Shown: positions 10,714-20,267, counted from the stretch's first letter. The stretch: DNA of 64,000 nt from Candidatus Danuiimicrobium aquiferis (GCA_001804285.1 MHFR01000063.1:38901-102900); one strand, 5' to 3'. Notes: generated from the letters alone by a model not told the origin. Made by a program: numbers and translations.

Positions 10714-11363
10714 TGGATCGTTGGATTTTATGGGTATTGGGGGGACTGGCGGCTTTTGTTTTTTTTTGGGGCAAGATTATTTCGGAAATTAAATTGTTGC
10801 GCGCGGATTGGCGGGCATGGGGTAAACGGATGTGGAAAGAATGGGGCGAGCCATTTCTAATTGCGGCTCTGATCGCGATGACCATCCGGACGTTTATTTT
10901 TGGCCCGTATAAAATCCCGACAGGTTCGATGATCCCGACGCTTCTCGTCGGCGACCGGATTTTTGTGGATAAAATCACATATCGGTTCCGGCAGCCGAAT
11001 CGCGGAGAAATTATTGTTTTTAAATATCCAGGCGATGAGAAGAAGGATTTTATTAAACGATTGGTTGCGATGAGCGGCGATTCCGTTGAAATCCGGGACG
11101 GAGAAGCTCTCGTGAATGGTAAGCCATTAACGGAGCTTGTCGACCCGAAAGTTCCGAAAAAATATTATTACAATCGAAATGATTGGAGTTACGGCCGGGA
11201 AGGCCAGAAATTTGTTGTCCCACCAGATTCATTCTTCGTTTTAGGGGATAATAGTGCACAGTCGAGTGATAGTCGGAATTGGGGATTTGTTTCAAAACGG
11301 CATTTAATCGGCAGGGCCGTGCTGATTTGGTGGCCTTTGAAGCGAATCGGATTTTCGAATTAA
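10713..11363 (+). CDS. lepB: signal peptidase I
   Basis: The SPase I catalytic boxes GSMIPTL and GDNSAQSSDSRNWG are present. The start overlaps the lepA stop. Confidence 0.9.
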   Translation: MDRWILWVLGGLAAFVFFWGKIISEIKLLRADWRAWGKRMWKEWGEPFLIAALIAMTIRTFIFGPYKIPTGSMIPTLLVGDRIFVDKITYRFRQPNRGEIIVFKYPGDEKKDFIKRLVAMSGDSVEIRDGEALVNGKPLTELVDPKVPKKYYYNRNDWSYGREGQKFVVPPDSFFVLGDNSAQSSDSRNWGFVSKRHLIGRAVLIWWPLKRIGFSN

Positions 11364-11531
11364 GGGGAAATCGTTCTGATTGGGTGAAGTGATCCACGAA
11401 AGTGACAAAAAAACAGGGAATTTTTGTGTTTAGCTGTTAATTTTCTTCCGATTTAGCCGTTTATTAATGTAGATGCTTTTCATTTCGGAAGTTTATATAA
11501 GCAAAGGGTCAGAAGGGTACATATAATTTTT

Positions 11532-12179
11532 ATGGTTCAAGGCGAACTCTTTAAAGAAGAACGATTTATTGCAACGGGAAGTTCTGGGCCGAAGTCGTTT
11601 TTGTCCGAGCACCGCTTGATTTTAACGCTCGATAAGCTTGTGGTCGTTTTCCTTTCAATGGCGATCCTCACCGTGCTTACTTATTCCTACGGTGTTGAAA
11701 GCGGTAAGCGCTTTATGGAAAATAAGTTAGAGGCGATTCTGCCGGCTCACTCCAAGATTTTAATTCAACAGGAAATGAATGGAAAGAAGCCACCGGAAAA
11801 AGAAGTCGTTTTAATGGTTAATCAAAATCAAGCCGCTACTGCAGAAAACGCTTCTTCGGGAATGAACAGTGATGAAAGTTTTGGTAAAGTTCAAACAGGT
11901 CAGAAGCAAATGATCCCTCTCCAAGACGCTTCGGAAGAGCCGAAGGCTAAAGGCAAATATACGGTTCAACTCGTTACCTATACGAGTGAAAAGCGGGCTT
12001 CTGAAGAAATCAACGCTCTTAAGCAAAAGGGATTTTCCGGATTTATCATTCCCAGCGGATCCTATTTTCAAGTTTGCGCAGATTATTTTCAGAATACCGA
12101 CGAAGCCAAATCGTTTCTACGCCGCCTCAGGCAAGAAGGCCGTTATCCCGATGCCTATGTCCGCCCGGTTGCCCGTTAA
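11532..12179 (+). CDS. SPOR domain membrane protein
   Basis: An N-terminal TM segment is followed by a C-terminal SPOR-like segment (YTVQLVTYTSEKRASEEINALKQKGFSGFII). Confidence 0.55.
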   Translation: MVQGELFKEERFIATGSSGPKSFLSEHRLILTLDKLVVVFLSMAILTVLTYSYGVESGKRFMENKLEAILPAHSKILIQQEMNGKKPPEKEVVLMVNQNQAATAENASSGMNSDESFGKVQTGQKQMIPLQDASEEPKAKGKYTVQLVTYTSEKRASEEINALKQKGFSGFIIPSGSYFQVCADYFQNTDEAKSFLRRLRQEGRYPDAYVRPVAR

Positions 12180-12301
12180 CCGTCTATAGTCCACATTTTC
12201 ACCCCAGATCAACAATTTCATCCGAAGGCTAATTTTTTGTAGAAAAAAATCAGAAAACCAGTATAATCCTCACACGCAAAAGAAAGGGTAGGAGTTAGGT
12301 T

Positions 12302-12586
12302 ATGTCACAACATTCAAGTCTGAAAAATGCAGAAGGCAGTCGAAAGCACCGCAACGTTTTAAAGCGCTATGAGCGCATTCGAAAGATGCAGGAAACCGAC
12401 AAATGGAATGATCGGGGTTCTATCTATAAGCTTCCTAAAATTAAAATGATTAAATTGAAAGTTAAAAAAGTAAAAGAAAAGCCTGAAGAAGCAGCTGTCC
12501 CGGGAGCTGAAGGGCAAGCGGCCGCACCGGTAGCAGCAAAACAAGCAGCAAAAGCACCGGCCGCGAAATCGGCAGCAGCGAAATAA
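12302..12586 (+). CDS. hypothetical small basic protein with Lys/Ala/Pro-rich tail
   Basis: A strong RBS (GGGTAGGAG) precedes the ORF. The N-terminus is K/R-rich, and the C-terminus carries an AAKQAAKAPAAKSAAAK low-complexity tail resembling a histone-like tail. Confidence 0.4.
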   Translation: MSQHSSLKNAEGSRKHRNVLKRYERIRKMQETDKWNDRGSIYKLPKIKMIKLKVKKVKEKPEEAAVPGAEGQAAAPVAAKQAAKAPAAKSAAAK

Positions 12587-12627
12587 ATAGCATTTGCACC
12601 AGTTTTAATTACTTATGAGGTGGCTCA

Positions 12628-13134
12628 TTGACGCAGAATAACAGTATCAAAATTCAGAAATGTGAAAAGCAGCACGTCGAGTCAGTGCGTTCGTTAATCG
12701 AAGGTGTTTTAAGTAAAGAGTTTCCTGCCGAACATCAAGCTTATCCGCCCAATGATTTGATGGACATTCTCGATTCTTACGGAAAATTGGGAGAAGCTTT
12801 TTTTGTTGCTCTCGATCACGGAACCGTGGTGGGGACTGTCGGCATAAAAAAAGATGATGACCGCACAGCTCTGTTGCGCCGTTTATTCGTTCTTCCGGAA
12901 TATCGCGGGAAAAAACTCGGTGAAAAGCTGGTGGAGCGGGCGATTGATTTCTGTCACGAGGTGGGTTACGATGAATTAATATTTAAAACCACTTCCACAA
13001 TGAAAAATGCAAATCGGTTGTGTGAACATGTCGGATTCTTAATGCGTGCCCGTTTGGACCTGGGGCCGATACAGTTGATGAAATATATGTTGAATCTCAA
13101 AAAGACGGCCGGGGAATTAAGCCGGAAAGGCTAA
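12628..13134 (+). CDS. GNAT family N-acetyltransferase
   Basis: The GNAT core RRLFVLPEYRGKKLGEKLVERAIDF (acetyl-CoA binding Q/RxxGxG/A-like) is present. Confidence 0.75.
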   Translation: MTQNNSIKIQKCEKQHVESVRSLIEGVLSKEFPAEHQAYPPNDLMDILDSYGKLGEAFFVALDHGTVVGTVGIKKDDDRTALLRRLFVLPEYRGKKLGEKLVERAIDFCHEVGYDELIFKTTSTMKNANRLCEHVGFLMRARLDLGPIQLMKYMLNLKKTAGELSRKG

Positions 13135-13198
13135 TAAAAAGTCACAGGCATTAAATTTTGTTAATGAATGTGAGGCTTTTTGAGGGAAAGAGGATAAA

Positions 13199-14038
13199 TT
13201 GTCAACATTAAACGAAAAAGAAATACAGGAAAAGTTGTACGGAAAATATTTGAAAGGGACGATGCCTGTTTCCGAAAAACAGGAAAGTATTTCATTGCGT
13301 CCGACAGTTGAAAAGCCTGCTGAACCGAACGTGGTACATGTTGATTTAAACCGTGTTTGGGAAAATGCGGTTAAGGTTTTTCCGACTATTTTGCAAGAAA
13401 CAACGAAGTTTCTTCAACAGGTTCCATGGCGCTTTGTCGGTGTTCTCGCCGGGGCGGTCATTACTGCGATTGTTTTTATCCAACTCATTTCATTCACGCT
13501 TGATAAAATTAGCGGCATCTTTTCTCATGCAAAAAGTAAAAAGCAAACGGTAAGTGAAAGTACGGAATCGGCGGGATCGAAAGTTCTTTCGAGTTTCAGC
13601 CGGGCGGATTTACATAAAAAAAGTGATGCGTTAGAAAAAAAGGTGAAAAACGAACTTGAAACAAAAGCAGTTACATCAGAAGTTGTTTCGAGCCATGAAG
13701 CCAGTTTGCCCGAAAGCGATTCTGTGAATTCGGGTCTTCCGGTAACAAGCCAGACGGCGGTATCTGATGGATCGGTTGCGCGGAAACAAAAGTTTTATGC
13801 TGTTCAGATTTGTACCTATCAAAAAGAAGCTGATGCGCAAAAACTTTCCGGAGTTTTGAAAGGATTGAATTTTTCGCCGTTCTTTCGAAAAGTGGATATG
13901 CCGCAACAAGGCACGTTTTACTACGAAGTTTATTTGGGGCGGTCCGAAGATTATGTTTCTGCAAAAGCACAATTGGAAGACTTCAAGCAAACTGAATTAT
14001 TTCAGAAATTTTCCGATTCATTCATCAGGTCCCTTTAA
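13199..14038 (+). CDS. SPOR domain membrane protein
   Basis: A single TM segment (VGVLAGAVITAIVFIQLI) is followed by a C-terminal SPOR-like fold (KFYAVQICTYQKEADAQKL...YYEVYLGRS). Confidence 0.55.
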   Translation: MSTLNEKEIQEKLYGKYLKGTMPVSEKQESISLRPTVEKPAEPNVVHVDLNRVWENAVKVFPTILQETTKFLQQVPWRFVGVLAGAVITAIVFIQLISFTLDKISGIFSHAKSKKQTVSESTESAGSKVLSSFSRADLHKKSDALEKKVKNELETKAVTSEVVSSHEASLPESDSVNSGLPVTSQTAVSDGSVARKQKFYAVQICTYQKEADAQKLSGVLKGLNFSPFFRKVDMPQQGTFYYEVYLGRSEDYVSAKAQLEDFKQTELFQKFSDSFIRSL

Positions 14039-14047
14039 TTACCAGGA

Positions 14048-14407
14048 GTGTGTATTATGGCATGGATGGGGTTAAATAAACGCGAGTTTCCGCGAGTGGA
14101 TATTTCGTGTGATATTTTGATTGATGATGAAAATGAAAAACAGATCATCGCAAAAACCGAAAATTTAGGAAGCGGCGGTGTTTGTGTCCTTTTAGGGCGC
14201 CCACTCGATAAACTTTCGAACGTCGAGCTCAAGCTTTCGCTGGGGCATGACAATCTTCCGTTGACGTGTCAAGGCCGCGTGGTCTGGTTAGTCCAGAGCA
14301 GGGATCTCTCAACGCACAAAACGACATACGATACGGGTATTGAATTTACGAATATCAAAGAAGAAGACCGCGCCCGGATATCCCAGTTTATTAAGAAGTT
14401 GAAATAA
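14048..14407 (+). CDS. PilZ domain protein (c-di-GMP receptor)
   Basis: The two PilZ motifs are present: RxxxR (REFPRVD) and D/NxSxxG (ENLGSGGVCV). Confidence 0.7.
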   Translation: MCIMAWMGLNKREFPRVDISCDILIDDENEKQIIAKTENLGSGGVCVLLGRPLDKLSNVELKLSLGHDNLPLTCQGRVVWLVQSRDLSTHKTTYDTGIEFTNIKEEDRARISQFIKKLK

Positions 14408-14408
14408 T

Positions 14409-14909
14409 ATGGCTTCCGAATTTTCCTTCGATATTGTTTCCGAGGTGAACCTCCAAGAAGTGGACAATGCCGTCAATCAGGCATTGAAAGAAATCCAGAA
14501 CCGGTTTGATTTTAAGGGCAGCAAAAGCACAATCACGCTTAATCGCGAGGAAAAGAAAATGACGCTCCTCGCGGATGACGACATGAAATTGAAAAGCTTA
14601 ACGCAGACCCTTCAGGAAAAATATGCCAAGCGCGGTATTTCAATCAAGGCGTTTAAGTACGGTGAGATTGAAAAAGCCTTGGATGGAATGCTCCGTCAAA
14701 CCATAGAAATTATACAGGGGATTCCGCAGGAAACGGCCAAAGAAATCGTGCAGATGATCAAAGGCATGAAAACGAAGGTGCAGTCGTCAATCCAAAGTGA
14801 TAAAGTTCGTGTTACGTCGAAAGATAAAGATCTTCTGCAGGAAGTGATTCACGCTGTACGGGGAGCGAAACATTTTAACGTGCCTCTCCAATTTACAAAT
14901 TACCGATAG
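14409..14909 (+). CDS. yajQ: YajQ family nucleotide-binding protein (UPF0234)
   Basis: The N-terminus MASEFSFDIVSEVNLQEVDNAVNQALKEIQNRFDFKGS matches the YajQ family start. The protein is 166 aa. Confidence 0.85.
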   Translation: MASEFSFDIVSEVNLQEVDNAVNQALKEIQNRFDFKGSKSTITLNREEKKMTLLADDDMKLKSLTQTLQEKYAKRGISIKAFKYGEIEKALDGMLRQTIEIIQGIPQETAKEIVQMIKGMKTKVQSSIQSDKVRVTSKDKDLLQEVIHAVRGAKHFNVPLQFTNYR

Positions 14910-14992
14910 CCCGACTTTCTCATCGATTTTGTGAATCGACGAGAATAACCGGGTTAGCGATGAGCAATCCGGGCTAAGGGAAAATCAAGAAT

Positions 14993-15226
14993 ATGTGGGA
15001 TCAATTCAAAGATTCTGGAAAACTGATGCAGCTTGCGAGGGATGAGAATTTCAGAAAATTTTTATCAAATCCCAAGGTGCAGGAACTCATGCAGGATGAA
15101 GAGTTTAAGAAGGCCGTTCAGGAAAAAAACATGGCAAGTTTGATGGCCAACCCTATATTTTCCGAACTGGTCCAAGATCCGGAAATGCGCTCATCTCTCG
15201 AGAAGTTTGGAAAAAATTTAAAATAG
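14993..15226 (+). CDS. hypothetical small protein with internal repeat
   Basis: A 77-aa protein with two related segments (PKVQELMQDEEFKKAV / PIFSELVQDPEMRSSL). Confidence 0.35.
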   Translation: MWDQFKDSGKLMQLARDENFRKFLSNPKVQELMQDEEFKKAVQEKNMASLMANPIFSELVQDPEMRSSLEKFGKNLK

Positions 15227-15370
15227 TTTGTTCTTGTCTATTTTTTTCGACACGCCATTTTAATCCCAATCAAATCAAGGCTTCCCGTGCTTATTATTTT
15301 CAACAGCCAGCTGAAATGGCTGTAAAAATTTGTAAGAAGTCAAATTTTTCAATTATTTTTTGGCGTGCCC

Positions 15371-15399
15371 TTGCAATTTAAAAAACGTGTGTTATACTT
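15371..15399 (+). promoter_or_regulatory. sigma70-like promoter upstream of the YjbQ gene
   Basis: The sequence is TTGCAA, a 16-nt spacer, then TATACT, lying ~50 nt upstream of the 15451 start. Confidence 0.4.
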
Positions 15400-15450
15400 A
15401 CTTTAAGGGTAAAAAAAGAGTCTTTAACTCCAATCAAATCAATGGGTTAA

Positions 15451-15867
15451 GTGGTTAAAACCAGCAATTTTACGGTTGAAACACGGGGTGAGTCGGAGCT
15501 CGATGATATTACTTCTTATGTGGAAAATGAGCTAAGAAAGAGCGGGCTCCGGGAAGGTTTAGCGACGATATTTGTTTCCGGTTCAACAGCCGGAATTACG
15601 ACTGTCGAGTTTGAACCGGGCTTAATAAAAGATATCAAAAGAGTCTTTGAAAAATTGGTTCCAGAAGGTGATCGTTACGCGCATAATGATACATGGCATG
15701 ACGGAAATGGACATTCGCACGTAAGATCTTCTATTCTGAAGACGTCGCTCAGCGTGCCTTTTCAAGATGCTAAATTATTGCTTGGCACGTGGCAGCAGAT
15801 TGTTTTAATAGATTTTGATAATCGCAAACGGTCAAGAAAAGTCATCGCTCAATTTATTGGGGAGTAG
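15451..15867 (+). CDS. YjbQ/UPF0047 family protein (secondary thiamine-phosphate synthase-like)
   Basis: A 138-aa protein with family-typical segments GLATIFVSGSTAGITTVEFEPG and HSHVRSS. Confidence 0.75.
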   Translation: MVKTSNFTVETRGESELDDITSYVENELRKSGLREGLATIFVSGSTAGITTVEFEPGLIKDIKRVFEKLVPEGDRYAHNDTWHDGNGHSHVRSSILKTSLSVPFQDAKLLLGTWQQIVLIDFDNRKRSRKVIAQFIGE

Positions 15868-15900
15868 AGTTAACAGATAGCTTAAGAAAGGGGGCTAAAA

Positions 15901-16293
15901 ATGGCTAACGAACGCAGGAAGTTTAAGCGGTTCGATGCGTATATGAATGTAAAACTTCGCGGCCAACAGGGGCATGAAGAGGAAGGCGCGGGGTTAAGCA
16001 AGGATTTGTCACGGGAGGGAATGAAAGTCAATACCAATCATCCTATTAAAATGGGAACGATTGTCGATCTTGAAATCGATCTTCCGGATGATCCGAAGCC
16101 GGTGCGCACGACAGCGAAAGTGATGTGGACAAAACCGACTCAGGGAGAAAAACACAGTTTCGACTATGGTGTGAATTTTCTTCTGATGGATCCGGTTGAT
16201 AAATTTCGTGTCCTAGATTATGCGTATAATTATTGGCTTGAAACCAATGTCAATGATTTCGCAGATCCGGAAGAAATTCAAAATATCGATTAA
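15901..16293 (+). CDS. PilZ domain protein
   Basis: The PilZ motifs RRKFKRF (RxxxR) and DLSREGM (DxSxxG) are present. Confidence 0.7.
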   Translation: MANERRKFKRFDAYMNVKLRGQQGHEEEGAGLSKDLSREGMKVNTNHPIKMGTIVDLEIDLPDDPKPVRTTAKVMWTKPTQGEKHSFDYGVNFLLMDPVDKFRVLDYAYNYWLETNVNDFADPEEIQNID

Positions 16294-16433
16294 TACCGGA
16301 GGGTTGGTTGTTGAGAGCTTTAAGCCGACTCGTTTGACGTATGAGCAGGCGAAGTGTGAGTAAATTTATATCAGGGTTTAAAATAGTCAAATAACAATCT
16401 TCAACGCACAATTCCCATACCTCATCCACAGCA

Positions 16434-17918
16434 ATGGCCGGAAAATATATTCTCGCGATCGATCAGGGGACCACGGGGACAAGAGCCATCCTATATGATT
16501 CTTCAGGCCGATTGGTTGTGTCGGCCTATCAAGAACACCGACAATATTATCCAAAACCCGGTTGGGTTGAGCACGATGCCAATGAAATATTGACGCGAAC
16601 CAAAAGCGTTATTTGCACCGCTATCAAAAAATCAGGGATTTCAGCACATCGGATTCACTCGATCGGGATTACGAATCAACGGGAAACAATCGTTCTTTGG
16701 GACCGCAAATCGGGTCAACCGCTTCGGCGGGCAATCGTTTGGCAGGACCGGCGGACAGATCCAATTTGCCGGAGTTTGAAGAAAAGTAAATGGAGTTCTC
16801 GGATTTCACGGAAAACCGGTTTGCTATGTGATCCGTACTTTTCAGGAACTAAACTAAAGTGGTGGTTTACTCTTGAGCCGGAATTGAGAAAGAAGGCAAA
16901 ACGCGGAACGATCTGTTGCGGTACGATTGATAGTTGGCTGCTTTTTCATCTGACGGGCGGGCTCGTTCATGCGACCGATTTTACCAATGCTTCGCGGACG
17001 CTTTTATTCAATATCCATACGAAAAGCTGGGATGCTGAATTATGCCGCTTGATGAATACGCCTCGTCATATTTTACCACGAGTGAGGCCCTCCAATAGTA
17101 TGTTTGGCCGGACAAAAAATTTTAACGGTCTTCCCGATGGAATTCCGATTGGTGCATTAGTTGGCGATCAGCAGGCTGCGCTTTACGGCCAAGGATGCTA
17201 TCATGCAGGGCAGAGCAAAAATACGTATGGAACCGGTTGCTTTCTGCTGATGAATATCGGGAAGAAATTGGTTTTATCCCGTTCCGGACTTTTAACAACG
17301 ATTGCCTGTGACCAAGAGGGTAATCCTGTTTATGCTTTAGAGGGGGTCGTTTTCATCGCAGGGGCAGCGATTCAATGGCTGCGCGACGGGCTCAGAATTA
17401 TCAAGAGAGCAAGTGAAACCGAGGCGATAGCGCGAAAAACTAAGCAGCATGATGAAGTCGTGGTTGTGCCGGCTTTTACAGGACTGGGTGCTCCCTATTG
17501 GAAGGCCGATGCTCGCGGTGCCATTTTTGGAATTACAAGAGGGACGACACGCGAGGCCATGATTAAAGCAACCCTTCATTCCATTGCTCATCAGGTCAAA
17601 ACGGTGTTTGATCTTATGGTTCGTGAGAGCAAAACGCCTATTCGGGCGTTAAAAGTCGATGGTGGTGCGAGTCATAACGGTTATTTGATGCAATTCCAAG
17701 CGGACCTTTTAGGAATTCCGGTTGAGGTATCCAGTTTTCCGGAATCTACGGCATGGGGCGCTGCCAAGCTTGCGGGTTTAACTTCTGGGTTTTGGACGGA
17801 TGTGAGAGCGCTTGACCGAAGAACATCCTATCAAAAATTTTCACCTAAAATGGCTGCTTGCAAACGTACGGAGCTACTAAAACAGTGGGACGAAGCTATC
17901 CGAAAAATGGTTGCATAA
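16434..17918 (+). CDS. glpK: glycerol kinase
   Basis: The N-terminus YILAIDQGTTGTRAILYD matches GlpK. The 494-aa length fits, and the FGGY kinase segments are conserved throughout. Confidence 0.95.
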   Translation: MAGKYILAIDQGTTGTRAILYDSSGRLVVSAYQEHRQYYPKPGWVEHDANEILTRTKSVICTAIKKSGISAHRIHSIGITNQRETIVLWDRKSGQPLRRAIVWQDRRTDPICRSLKKSKWSSRISRKTGLLCDPYFSGTKLKWWFTLEPELRKKAKRGTICCGTIDSWLLFHLTGGLVHATDFTNASRTLLFNIHTKSWDAELCRLMNTPRHILPRVRPSNSMFGRTKNFNGLPDGIPIGALVGDQQAALYGQGCYHAGQSKNTYGTGCFLLMNIGKKLVLSRSGLLTTIACDQEGNPVYALEGVVFIAGAAIQWLRDGLRIIKRASETEAIARKTKQHDEVVVVPAFTGLGAPYWKADARGAIFGITRGTTREAMIKATLHSIAHQVKTVFDLMVRESKTPIRALKVDGGASHNGYLMQFQADLLGIPVEVSSFPESTAWGAAKLAGLTSGFWTDVRALDRRTSYQKFSPKMAACKRTELLKQWDEAIRKMVA

Positions 17919-18035
17919 GTTCTTTTTTGATGATTTGGTTTGATATTTCTTCCGGTTATCCCCGTAGCATTTCCAGCCGATAATATTATATCTATGGCAT
18001 TGTTCTGCAAGATGTAAAATTAAAGGGTTATATCA

Positions 18036-20141
18036 ATGGCATTTAACTTGTCTCGATTTTGGAAGAAAGGTGAATCGGAGACGGAAACTCCGGTTAGCCA
18101 TGAACAGATTCACGAGATCCCGTTATTTTCATCTTTAACTCCTCAGGAACTAAAAATTATCGAAACGAAAGCGCGCCGCGTTGAATTCAAGAAAGGAGAC
18201 ATTGTCTACCGGATAGGTGAACATGCTGATGCTCTTTATATTGTTCTCTCCGGCCGGTTTGTCATGACTGGAGTATCCGGTCAGGCAGTAGCGACCTTGT
18301 CACGCGGGGATTGCTTTGGGGAAAGTTCTCTTTTGTCCGGACGCCCGCATAGTGCGATGATTCAGGCAAGAAACAATAGTCTTGTTCTCAAAATTCTTAA
18401 AGAGGATTTCCATGCTTTAATTGAGGTGATTCCTTCGCTTTCCGTTCACCTGAGCCGCACCATGAGCCACCGTCTGGCAACCGGTCTGAGCGAATCCAAA
18501 TTGTCGGAAACAAAAATTTTATCAATCTGTGATTTTGGATTTACATATGAGAAAAGGTTGTTTGCGTGGGATTTTGCGGCCATTCTTGCGAATGTCAGCA
18601 AAAAGAAAGTTGTTTTGGTGTTTCTTGAAGTTCCGAAACAACGAAAAGAAGAGGATTCCCTGACGGATGATCATCCTTCAGTTGCCGTTTCGTTGTCTGA
18701 ATTCGAATTAGCACTTCATCGGGGTGCGGGCGCAAAATTTATAGGTCACACGAAAGATTCCTTTGATTATTTTCATGTTGGCAACAAACCGGAAGAAGTT
18801 GTGACGGATAAACAAATTTCCCACCTCCTCGGATATCTAATTGACCGGTATGATTTTATTTTATTAAGCACTCCCGAGAAATCAAATTTCGGTTTAATGA
18901 GCATTAAAGCGATTCAACAATCCGACCTGATTTATTATTTAGTGAATGAAAAATTCAGGGCGGCCGAGATGATCGGTGAGTTTTTGGCGGAACTCCGAAA
19001 CTCATTCGGTTTTATGTCTAATGAAATCCGTGTGATTCTTTGCGAAACTGAAGATCATGCAGCTTCGGAAGATTTAGCGCAAAATCAGTCTATGTCTGAG
19101 CTGAATGTATTTTTGAATCTACCCGCCGAGAAATTCCAAGATCGCCGACTGCAGGTTGAACAGCATGCGTTTGCCATTCTGAATCCCGACTCGAAATATA
19201 CGCACGCGATTCGTTATTTGGGACGTGAATTATCGGGGAAACTTGTAGGGCTGGCTTTGGGCGGCGGAGCGGCGTTCGGATTAGCGCATATCGGTGTTTT
19301 GCGTGTTTTTGAAGAGGCGAAGATCCCGATTGATGTGATTGCGGGAAGTTCGATTGGCGCATTGATCGGTGTGCTGTGGGCAGCCGGGTATAGTAGCTAT
19401 GAGATTGAGAAAATTGCCCTTAAATTAGATCGATGGAATACATTCCCAAAATTAGTTGGTATGACTGATTTATCGATACCACATTTTGGGTTTTTTAAGG
19501 GAAACCAGGTATCGCGGTATTTTAGGAATTATTTGGGGCACAAAACTTTTCGTGATTTAAGTATTCCCGTTAAGATTGTTACGGCAAATCTGAATACAGG
19601 AGAAGCGGTGATTCATCAGGAAGGGGATGTTGTGGATGCGCTTCGCGCCAGCGTTTCGATTCCTGGGATCTTTTGGCCGGTTAAATATAAAAAACAATAT
19701 TTGATTGATGGCGGAGTAGTAGATCCGCTTCCGGTCCGGGTATTGAGTGCTTACGGTGCCAAGAAATTAATTGCGGTTAATGTGATGTTCTCCCCCGAGG
19801 ATAATATAAAGCATCAAGAAATAGTCGAGCAAAGGAGGAATGCGGAGCAGGTGAAGAGTCAAAAACGGAATCGTTTGTTGTCTGCGATTGAAAAGTTTTT
19901 TAAACATTTCAAGAAAGAAACTCCTCCGACCATTTTCAATGTGTTGATGAATACCATTCAGTTCCTTGAGTTTGGAATTGCTGAAGCGAATGCCAAATAT
20001 GCCGATGTTGTCATTCATCCCGTTATCCCTGATTCGCACTGGGCAGAGTTTTTTTCTCCTCAGAAATTTATTTTAGTGGGTGAAAAATGTACTCGCGAAC
20101 GGATAGAAGAAATTCGGAAATTGGTGGAGGATGACAGTTGA
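18036..20141 (+). CDS. cyclic nucleotide-binding domain / patatin-like phospholipase fusion (NTE-like)
   Basis: An N-terminal CAP/cNMP-binding fold (FKKGDIVYRIGEHADALYIVLSGRF...GESSLL) is joined to a patatin domain. The patatin part carries the oxyanion motif GGGAAFG, the GSSIG nucleophile elbow and a catalytic DGG. Confidence 0.85.
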   Translation: MAFNLSRFWKKGESETETPVSHEQIHEIPLFSSLTPQELKIIETKARRVEFKKGDIVYRIGEHADALYIVLSGRFVMTGVSGQAVATLSRGDCFGESSLLSGRPHSAMIQARNNSLVLKILKEDFHALIEVIPSLSVHLSRTMSHRLATGLSESKLSETKILSICDFGFTYEKRLFAWDFAAILANVSKKKVVLVFLEVPKQRKEEDSLTDDHPSVAVSLSEFELALHRGAGAKFIGHTKDSFDYFHVGNKPEEVVTDKQISHLLGYLIDRYDFILLSTPEKSNFGLMSIKAIQQSDLIYYLVNEKFRAAEMIGEFLAELRNSFGFMSNEIRVILCETEDHAASEDLAQNQSMSELNVFLNLPAEKFQDRRLQVEQHAFAILNPDSKYTHAIRYLGRELSGKLVGLALGGGAAFGLAHIGVLRVFEEAKIPIDVIAGSSIGALIGVLWAAGYSSYEIEKIALKLDRWNTFPKLVGMTDLSIPHFGFFKGNQVSRYFRNYLGHKTFRDLSIPVKIVTANLNTGEAVIHQEGDVVDALRASVSIPGIFWPVKYKKQYLIDGGVVDPLPVRVLSAYGAKKLIAVNVMFSPEDNIKHQEIVEQRRNAEQVKSQKRNRLLSAIEKFFKHFKKETPPTIFNVLMNTIQFLEFGIAEANAKYADVVIHPVIPDSHWAEFFSPQKFILVGEKCTRERIEEIRKLVEDDS

Positions 20142-20162
20142 TATTTTTTTCTGGAGGTTAAA

Positions 20163-20267
20163 TTGACAACGACAACCATGCTGTATGAGATGAAACGACA
20201 AAATTTGGGTAAAGGGCTTGCGTCAATGTGTGCCGGTGGTGGGCAAGGCGGAGCGATGAGGAGGTAA
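20163..20267 (+). pseudogene. relic of acetyl-CoA acetyltransferase (thiolase) C-terminus
   Basis: In-frame translation gives LTTTTMLYEMKRQNLGKGLASMCAGGGQGGAMRR* which matches the thiolase C-terminal signature (..GLAtlCiGGGqG.A..). Only ~34 codons remain, lying directly after the patatin gene. Confidence 0.5.

Noticed and set aside
12302-12586. Considered ribosomal protein S20/S21 for the small basic ORF
   Set aside because: No match to the conserved S20 (KSAxKRxRQ..) or S21 (VxVxENE..) N-terminal blocks.
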